Program-made: the position numbers and the translations under genes
Notes under the pieces: generated by a model
Seen by the model: only the letters and a program-made list of their open reading frames with translations
What the model was told of the DNA's origin: nothing
Database searches by the model: none
Shown here: piece by piece, positions 57,964 to 64,000 of the stretch
Layout of the letters: each line of letters opens with the position of its first letter
Numbering within the stretch: the stretch's first letter is position 1
IMG/VR virus record: IMGVR_UViG_3300025195_000002
Source: a virus
DNA: 64,000 nt
Strand: one strand, 5' to 3'

Positions 57964-59091
57964 ATGGACAACTCGCCAACAAAGGGGCATTTTACACGTG
58001 TAAGAACAATTGAAGGTTATCGAGAAAGTAGTTACAGTGCGCCGCGCCTAGCTGGACTTCGTATAACACAAAGCTACTATAACTACACGGGTGAACTCCT
58101 CTATTTCGCACACCGTAACAACATGATAATTCCACTTGCTATGGAGGACAAACATCTTAATATACCTAAAAGCCATACCGGTAAATTAATTATTGAACAA
58201 CAGTTTGTGGTTGCCTATAACCGTGTTGATGATTTTATCAATCAGCTTATGTTAGATGTCGAGCGGGATAACGACAAAGACCACATTGAACAACACTGTG
58301 CCTTAGAGGCCATTACTACAGGAGAACAAATAGAGAAGAGTCGGTCAGGACTTATCTTCACCCTACGTTACATTGTAGGTGGTAAACACATCGAACGCTT
58401 TAGTCAGGGGATATACTTAACCAATCTAGACATTTCAATTGGTTACAGTAAAGAGAATCTCATCCATCCCTATTCAGCGAAAGATGCACAGACTATTTTC
58501 AATCGCTATCGTAAAGATTCATTTGAATTAAAACAAAGTAATTTTACCGTCACACTCGTTGATAACGCTAAACGTTTCAATACGCTATATATCAATATCA
58601 ACGGGGATGCAATGGAAGTTACTCCAACAGAATCAGCACGGTTAGAAGACGGTGTTTGGATAACACGCAGTTCACATACCAGCGGTAAAGTTAAAGATGC
58701 AGATGCTGTTTTTGTAGGAGGTCCTAACACAATTAGGTTCGATACACTAGAGTGTCTAGACACTGATAATTACGATACCCCAATGCTGTATTATAGCCCA
58801 CAAGAATGCATCACTTATGGGAATGAGATAAAGTTATTGGAAAAGAAATACCAGTTGGAGAAAATTAAATTAGAGGCTGAGGCACGTGAAAGGGAAGAGA
58901 AGATCAAACAACAAGAAGATGCCCGTAGGGAACGGGATCATCAACGAAAGATGGACGAGATGGAAAGAAAAGCTAGGGTAGATCGTGTTAAGGATGAACG
59001 TAGTGTAGGAGTAGAAATTCTAAAAATAGGCGGCGCGTTAGTAACTGGTATTGGTATTGCATTGGCGGCAGTAGCAAAAATGCGCGATTAA
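57964..59091 (+). CDS. Conserved phiKZ-like protein with a C-terminal coiled coil and hydrophobic tail (gp122 position)
   Basis: GIYLTNLDISI; E/R/K-rich coil; KIGGALVTGIGIALAAV terminus. Confidence 0.7.
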   Translation: MDNSPTKGHFTRVRTIEGYRESSYSAPRLAGLRITQSYYNYTGELLYFAHRNNMIIPLAMEDKHLNIPKSHTGKLIIEQQFVVAYNRVDDFINQLMLDVERDNDKDHIEQHCALEAITTGEQIEKSRSGLIFTLRYIVGGKHIERFSQGIYLTNLDISIGYSKENLIHPYSAKDAQTIFNRYRKDSFELKQSNFTVTLVDNAKRFNTLYININGDAMEVTPTESARLEDGVWITRSSHTSGKVKDADAVFVGGPNTIRFDTLECLDTDNYDTPMLYYSPQECITYGNEIKLLEKKYQLEKIKLEAEAREREEKIKQQEDARRERDHQRKMDEMERKARVDRVKDERSVGVEILKIGGALVTGIGIALAAVAKMRD

Positions 59092-59186
59092 TGTCTTATT
59101 TTACAGAGACCACTTACATTATGTCGATGCTTTAAAGTAAGCATCGTTATGTCCGAGAGACGACATAACTGATCGGAGGATGGTAG

Positions 59187-60803
59187 ATGGATCAATATTT
59201 GTTTAAACACATACATGAAAAAAGCGTACCTAAATTCAATCCTTTGTTGGCGAAGGGTTTGGTGGTGGAACAAATGCGCGGCGTCGAGGAATATATCGAC
59301 CTTGTATGGAAGTGTGCAGCGAAAAGCTTTCCTGAGGGCTTTACGTATGACGGGGAATATAAACGTGCGACTCCAGAACAACAATATGCTTACATGACAC
59401 GTAAGCGTTCATCGCGGGCTGAGTTTAACTTAGCACCTAGCGACTTCTATGCGGTACAGTATAACTTTAGCTTTAAAGGTCAGAAACTCTACCCTCGACT
59501 CATGCAACTTCCTTACGTTGGACCAGGTGGCGTGATACGGGTTAATGGTTCTAAGTATGTTATCAATCCTGTCATGGTTGATAATCTGTTCTCGGTTGAC
59601 GATGGTAAACTGTTTGTTGCGTTGACACGTGATAAGCTTACCTTTGAACGGTTGACTCACAACCTTGTTATCGATGGAGAGAAAACCACACTTAGTATTC
59701 CATGGAGTACGATCTACCACCTTAGACAAAAGGATAAGACGTCTAAGATTATTTACATGCACGGACTTCGTCTTAACATGGTAAGTACTTTAGGTCATTA
59801 CTTATTCTGTCGATTTGGTGTAACTGAAACATTTAAGCGTTACTGCAACATGGATATAGTGGTAGGTGATAGACATTCTATCACAGAAAAGACTCATCCT
59901 CAAAATGAATGGTTCTTTGCGGATAGTCTCCATCTCAGACCTATTACGGTGAAGGGTAAGGGGTATGTTCCTACTCAAATCCGCATTGCCTGTAAACGCA
60001 GTCAGCGTAGTCAGTTATCGGATAACCTGCTAGCATCGTTCTTTTACTTAGCAGATCATTTCACCCAACGTATTAAACCAGAGTTTATTGACAATACAAG
60101 ACTCTGGCGTGTATTGATGGGACACGTGATCTTTAAGAGTAAAGTAAACGAAGGGCGTTTGCTTGAAGACATTGATGCACATCTAGTTAGTTTAGATTAT
60201 TACATCGATGGTCTAGTGCAAATGGACCTGGAACGCGAGGGGATTGACTGTAAAGATATTTATTCGCTAATGGCGTATATTATTGAAACCATGAACGAAA
60301 CAATCATCTCTACCGACGTATCTAACTTATATGGTAAGAAGCTAACAACATTGAGATATATATTACTAGATGTGATAAAGGCTATCTTCAATTTTACCTT
60401 TAAGTTGAATTCTAATAAGAATAAGGTATTAACGGTACGTGACATTGAAAATTTAATGGACAAGTATTTAAAGTTTGATACTATCCGCAAGATTAATACC
60501 GGACATGGTGAAGTCAGTTCTCTTTCTAATGCAGGCGATAGTCTGATGTTTAAGATGACTAACAAAGTGGTTCCTCAGACCGATGCGACTGGCTCTCGTA
60601 ACGGTACGAAAACCAAACCTTCTAGATTACTCCATGCTTCTCTGGCTGAAGTATGTAGTTATGGTAACCAGCCTAGTTCCTGTCCTACAGGCCATGGTCA
60701 AATTAACCCGTATCTCAATGTCACCCCTGAAGGTGAAATGATACCTAATCCAAGATTTGCTGATCTAATAGAAAGCGTACAGGCTCGAATTGCTAGAACG
60801 TAA
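59187..60803 (+). CDS. Non-virion RNA polymerase beta subunit, N-terminal part (phiKZ gp123 type)
   Basis: LPYVGPGGVIRVNGSKYVINPV, RLLHASLAEVCS, PTGHGQINPY; synteny. Confidence 0.85.
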   Translation: MDQYLFKHIHEKSVPKFNPLLAKGLVVEQMRGVEEYIDLVWKCAAKSFPEGFTYDGEYKRATPEQQYAYMTRKRSSRAEFNLAPSDFYAVQYNFSFKGQKLYPRLMQLPYVGPGGVIRVNGSKYVINPVMVDNLFSVDDGKLFVALTRDKLTFERLTHNLVIDGEKTTLSIPWSTIYHLRQKDKTSKIIYMHGLRLNMVSTLGHYLFCRFGVTETFKRYCNMDIVVGDRHSITEKTHPQNEWFFADSLHLRPITVKGKGYVPTQIRIACKRSQRSQLSDNLLASFFYLADHFTQRIKPEFIDNTRLWRVLMGHVIFKSKVNEGRLLEDIDAHLVSLDYYIDGLVQMDLEREGIDCKDIYSLMAYIIETMNETIISTDVSNLYGKKLTTLRYILLDVIKAIFNFTFKLNSNKNKVLTVRDIENLMDKYLKFDTIRKINTGHGEVSSLSNAGDSLMFKMTNKVVPQTDATGSRNGTKTKPSRLLHASLAEVCSYGNQPSSCPTGHGQINPYLNVTPEGEMIPNPRFADLIESVQARIART

Positions 60804-60850
60804 CTATTATATTTCAAATACACTACTGACAATAAACAACGAGGTCTCTT

Positions 60851-62929
60851 ATGTACCCCGGTAATTTACCCTTTGATCCTAATCAACCTAATCAGCAGGC
60901 CTTTATTCAAGGTCTGCCGTATTCGGTACCCGGTAGAAACCCCCCTAACGGTTTCCCAGCACAACTTGGTCCTGACGCGTTCAGGATGATGGATGGTTAT
61001 CTTCGCTATAACTTGCAAGAACAGGCAGGGCGTAATCCTCTGCGTATGTTTTTATTTAACCAGATGTCATCTAACTTCTATAACAATCAGTTTTATGAAG
61101 AGATGTTGATCAGTGCTGGAACTTTCTTAGAGCTAGTCATGGCTTCTGGCTCCTACAACACTGGAAATATGGAAGGTGTTGTTAAGATGGTAGCTGAGAA
61201 AATGACAAGCATTTATGCTTCCATTAATGCTACTCAATACCCACCACTCCAGCAGATGGTTCAAGATCCTAATATTGTTAACTCTGTTAACAACACCTTG
61301 AATGAATTTGAGCAAATTAAGCAGCAAATACTTAATTATCAAAGGAGTCAACAAGGTAATAATTGGGGTGGTAACCAGCAGCAAAACTGGCAAGGTGGCG
61401 GGTTTCAACAAAATTGGCAAGGTGGTGGTAATAGCTACGCTCCTCGTCAATCTACCTGGCAAGGTGGTAACAGTGGATACCAGCAACCTACTCAAACATC
61501 GACGGGTGGACGATCTATGTTTAGCGGCGGATACCAGCAACCTAACAAGTCTGTTGTTGATACCGGTAGACGAGGTGGAATGCATAATTTCCAAGAAGTT
61601 GATGTAGGTAAGTCTGAAAGTCATGATGTACCTAACACCACTCAATCAGATGGGTATGGTTTTAATCGTAACAAGTGGGACATGGCTGCACCAGAGACCA
61701 CGGAAGTTAAGACTAACGTTAAATTTGATAATGAACCAGTTACGTATGATGATCCGTTATACTATACTAGCATACCCGACCATCTAGCACTGGTAGCAAC
61801 ACTACCAGAAAACCTAGTACACAACCCTAACACGCACGAGCGTATATACCTTCCATCAAAGGAAGGACAGCTTGTCGAAGTCATTCAAGAAAAAGGTGAA
61901 TTCATGGACTATGAACAGCACGAATTAGATAATGCCCTTAAAACCCAAAACCTAGGTGCGCCTAGCCCGTCTCCACAAGGTGATGGTTGGGATAACTACC
62001 ATTACATCAATGCCAGCGCTACCATCTTAACGGATGAGAGTGAAGAGGACGAAGTAACCCCTGCAGTACAGCTCAATAATCTTATTGATGCACACTCCGA
62101 TCAGCAGGCTGAATTCTACCTTCGCCAGGCATTAATCAAGAAACGCCTTAAGGTGCCAGAAGATGCCATCTTAGAATTTCAGTATCGCCAGGTCAAACCT
62201 ATCGCCTATCGGGTAGATAGAGTAGGGGCTGACATGTTAGCAAAAGTTAGCAATGTCGCAGAGTTCATTGAAACTATGAACGACCTGGATATGCCTGAAC
62301 GTTTCTGTGGTCAGATTACTAAGCGTACTGTAACTATGATCAACGATGCGTTACTCTATTCAATGTCTATTGGGTGGACTATTGATGGTCTTGGTGATTA
62401 CCCTGATCTGTTGAAAGAAATTGCTGGTGAGTATGGTGAACATACTAAGCAACAGTTTGATAAGAAGATCAATGATTTGATACCACTGATGTTTTCAGCT
62501 ATTACTGCAACGGATGTCAGTAAGTATCTACAAGAAACCTATAACGCAGAACGTCTTAAAGACAACATCGTACAAGTTGCCGAAGACACTGAGCTGTCTG
62601 GGTTTGTAGAAAACATTGAAGATCCAGATGTTTTAGATCTAACGACTGAAGATTATGCTGTGGTTTTCCTAACTGACATCATCTCTATTACTCAGGTTCC
62701 TTGGAACTTAAAGTCAATGGAGCTAGGTCTGGATAAAGAAAAGCCAACGGCTGCTATCAAACAGTCTGTGAATCCGGTTGAGTTTAAAGTGATCCAAGAT
62801 CTCTTTGCTCGTACTAAAGACTTAAATGTACGTCATTACTTCATCGACACTATTGATGGATACCGCCTAAAGGTATTGCCAGGTTGGCTAAGTAAAGACT
62901 ATTATGCATTAGGCCTATGGCGCGAATAA
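60851..62929 (+). CDS. Conserved core protein with an internal Q/G/N/W prion-like tract
   Basis: GRNPLRMFLFNQMSSNFYNNQFY N-domain; GNNWGGNQQQNWQGGGFQQNWQGGG tract; acidic C-domain. Confidence 0.75.
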   Translation: MYPGNLPFDPNQPNQQAFIQGLPYSVPGRNPPNGFPAQLGPDAFRMMDGYLRYNLQEQAGRNPLRMFLFNQMSSNFYNNQFYEEMLISAGTFLELVMASGSYNTGNMEGVVKMVAEKMTSIYASINATQYPPLQQMVQDPNIVNSVNNTLNEFEQIKQQILNYQRSQQGNNWGGNQQQNWQGGGFQQNWQGGGNSYAPRQSTWQGGNSGYQQPTQTSTGGRSMFSGGYQQPNKSVVDTGRRGGMHNFQEVDVGKSESHDVPNTTQSDGYGFNRNKWDMAAPETTEVKTNVKFDNEPVTYDDPLYYTSIPDHLALVATLPENLVHNPNTHERIYLPSKEGQLVEVIQEKGEFMDYEQHELDNALKTQNLGAPSPSPQGDGWDNYHYINASATILTDESEEDEVTPAVQLNNLIDAHSDQQAEFYLRQALIKKRLKVPEDAILEFQYRQVKPIAYRVDRVGADMLAKVSNVAEFIETMNDLDMPERFCGQITKRTVTMINDALLYSMSIGWTIDGLGDYPDLLKEIAGEYGEHTKQQFDKKINDLIPLMFSAITATDVSKYLQETYNAERLKDNIVQVAEDTELSGFVENIEDPDVLDLTTEDYAVVFLTDIISITQVPWNLKSMELGLDKEKPTAAIKQSVNPVEFKVIQDLFARTKDLNVRHYFIDTIDGYRLKVLPGWLSKDYYALGLWRE

Positions 62930-62981
62930 GCGTCTAAGTCTTACCCATTTAAAGGGCGTCTGGTGTTAGGGCCAGACATTT

Positions 62982-63015
62982 TGGAGAGGGGGTTTTGCCC
63001 TCTCCTTTTTTTTTT
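62982..63015 (+). terminator. Intrinsic terminator
   Basis: GGAGAGGG-ggttttg-CCCTCTCC followed by a long T run. Confidence 0.8.
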
Positions 63016-63044
63016 GTTTCGTTTTAAAATAATAAGGACTAATA

Positions 63045-63236
63045 ATGAAAAATTTAAAGATGGACTCAGCGTTAACGCTAGCTATCGCATCAAGCCTCAC
63101 GGCATCTTCACCTATGTCGCATGATAGAAGAGCAGGACGGGTAAGGATGGAAGATGAACAAAGTCGTAATAAGCGTATCCGTGACAGGAAAAAAGCTAAG
63201 GAAGCTAGAAAGTCTAGACGTCGTAACCGCAAGTAG
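63045..63236 (+). CDS. 63-aa protein with a highly basic C-terminus
   Basis: AAGGA SD; ends RNKRIRDRKKAKEARKSRRRNRK. Confidence 0.7.
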   Translation: MKNLKMDSALTLAIASSLTASSPMSHDRRAGRVRMEDEQSRNKRIRDRKKAKEARKSRRRNRK

Positions 63237-63250
63237 TCTGTATGGGCCTG

Positions 63251-63306
63251 TATGCCGTTATAACGGCATATTGTAGGGTAACCTAGGTTACCCTACAAGT
63301 TATGCC
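63251..63306. terminator. Palindromic bidirectional element
   Basis: TATGCCG-TTATAA-CGGCATA, then the perfect 28-bp palindrome TTGTAGGGTAACCTAGGTTACCCTACAA, then TATGCC. Confidence 0.8.
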
Positions 63307-63999
63307 TTATATTGAAGGTAGATCGTCTTCAGAGTCACTAGGCGGTGTCTCACCCCCTGCCACATCATCAAGATTGTCTTCTAGCGGTACATCATCTTCT
63401 GGTAAATCAGTATTCCCGCCATCACCACTATCTGAAGTCCCGTCACCTTCTTCAAGTTTAGACTTCAACTCATCAACTTCATCCTGAAGCTGTTGAATGA
63501 TTGCTTCTTTCTCATCGCTGGCTTTTGTTAACTCATCCTGATCAGCATCAAGGTTATCTTGCGCCTTGCGACCTTCTTTACGCATCATCCGTAAAAGCTT
63601 TTGCATAGGACCAAGAATACTCTTAGCATGATCTTTGTGGATGCCGACAATATCAAACGCTTCTGCGCTGCCTGAATCTAACATTCCCTCAAGTTCCGGC
63701 ATGATATTATTCTTACGTAACCATTGACGTTGGAAATAACTACGAAGTGCTGCGATAGTGCCATCAATCCCTTCTTCCAATCCAGAATCTAACATACCAT
63801 CAAACATTTCAGAATCAACATAAGCCGGTAGGGCTGCTTCAAGTAAGCTGTTAAACTCTTCAAACGATGCACCCTGGTTAGCCAGCTTGGCTGTATCTGG
63901 CGTAGGAAGATTTAAACGAACCGAGTCAATGATTTCAGTGATGATACTTTCAACGGTATCGACTGTACCATCGTCAGTGACATCGGTATCTCCTTTCGC
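63307..63999 (-). CDS. C-terminal part of a large virion protein, probably the portal (phiKZ gp129 type); start is outside the window
   Basis: Frame is open to the window edge; LNLPTPD, LRSYFQRQWLRKNNIMPEL, acidic tail; reverse-strand position after the gp123 block. Confidence 0.5.
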   Translation of the reverse strand, partial: AKGDTDVTDDGTVDTVESIITEIIDSVRLNLPTPDTAKLANQGASFEEFNSLLEAALPAYVDSEMFDGMLDSGLEEGIDGTIAALRSYFQRQWLRKNNIMPELEGMLDSGSAEAFDIVGIHKDHAKSILGPMQKLLRMMRKEGRKAQDNLDADQDELTKASDEKEAIIQQLQDEVDELKSKLEEGDGTSDSGDGGNTDLPEDDVPLEDNLDDVAGGETPPSDSEDDLPSI

Positions 64000-64000
64000 T

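Noticed and set aside
610-63306. CRISPR-like array, or tRNAs among the hairpins
   Set aside because: The hairpins are dispersed with different stems, have no regular repeat-spacer period, and show no cloverleaf or T-loop/CCA signature.

Overview
A gene-dense, AT-rich 64-kb segment of a phiKZ-like (Chimalliviridae-type, nucleus-forming) jumbo myophage. Core content: three non-virion RNA polymerase subunits (phiKZ gp71-73, gp74 and gp123 types), one virion RNAP beta' fragment (gp80 type), an SF2 helicase, the exonuclease half of a split family-B DNA polymerase, a DnaB-like helicase, the major capsid protein, a head/inner-body/baseplate block and the 3' end of a probable portal gene. An accessory island at about 40.5-53.3 kb carries a secreted endonuclease I, NADAR, thyA, dcd, a winged-helix protein and two tandem HDOD proteins, which hints at a marine gammaproteobacterial host (inference). 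Family calls come from motifs, synteny and recall; no database search was run. The strongest unexplained signals are: (1) an unannotated 50-aa early gene that is essentially the redox-active C-terminal tail of ribonucleotide reductase NrdA (..DGCEGGACKI) as a free peptide; (2) a ~285-nt multi-helix ncRNA candidate at 35157-35443; (3) an in-frame amber codon inside a head-protein propeptide; (4) an exact 54-bp inverted repeat 27.5 kb apart, one member of a window-wide hairpin+TATGCCG element family; (5) tandem HDOD genes; and (6) a shared QGNNWG prion-like tract in two core proteins. No tRNA, CRISPR array, intron or transposase was seen.
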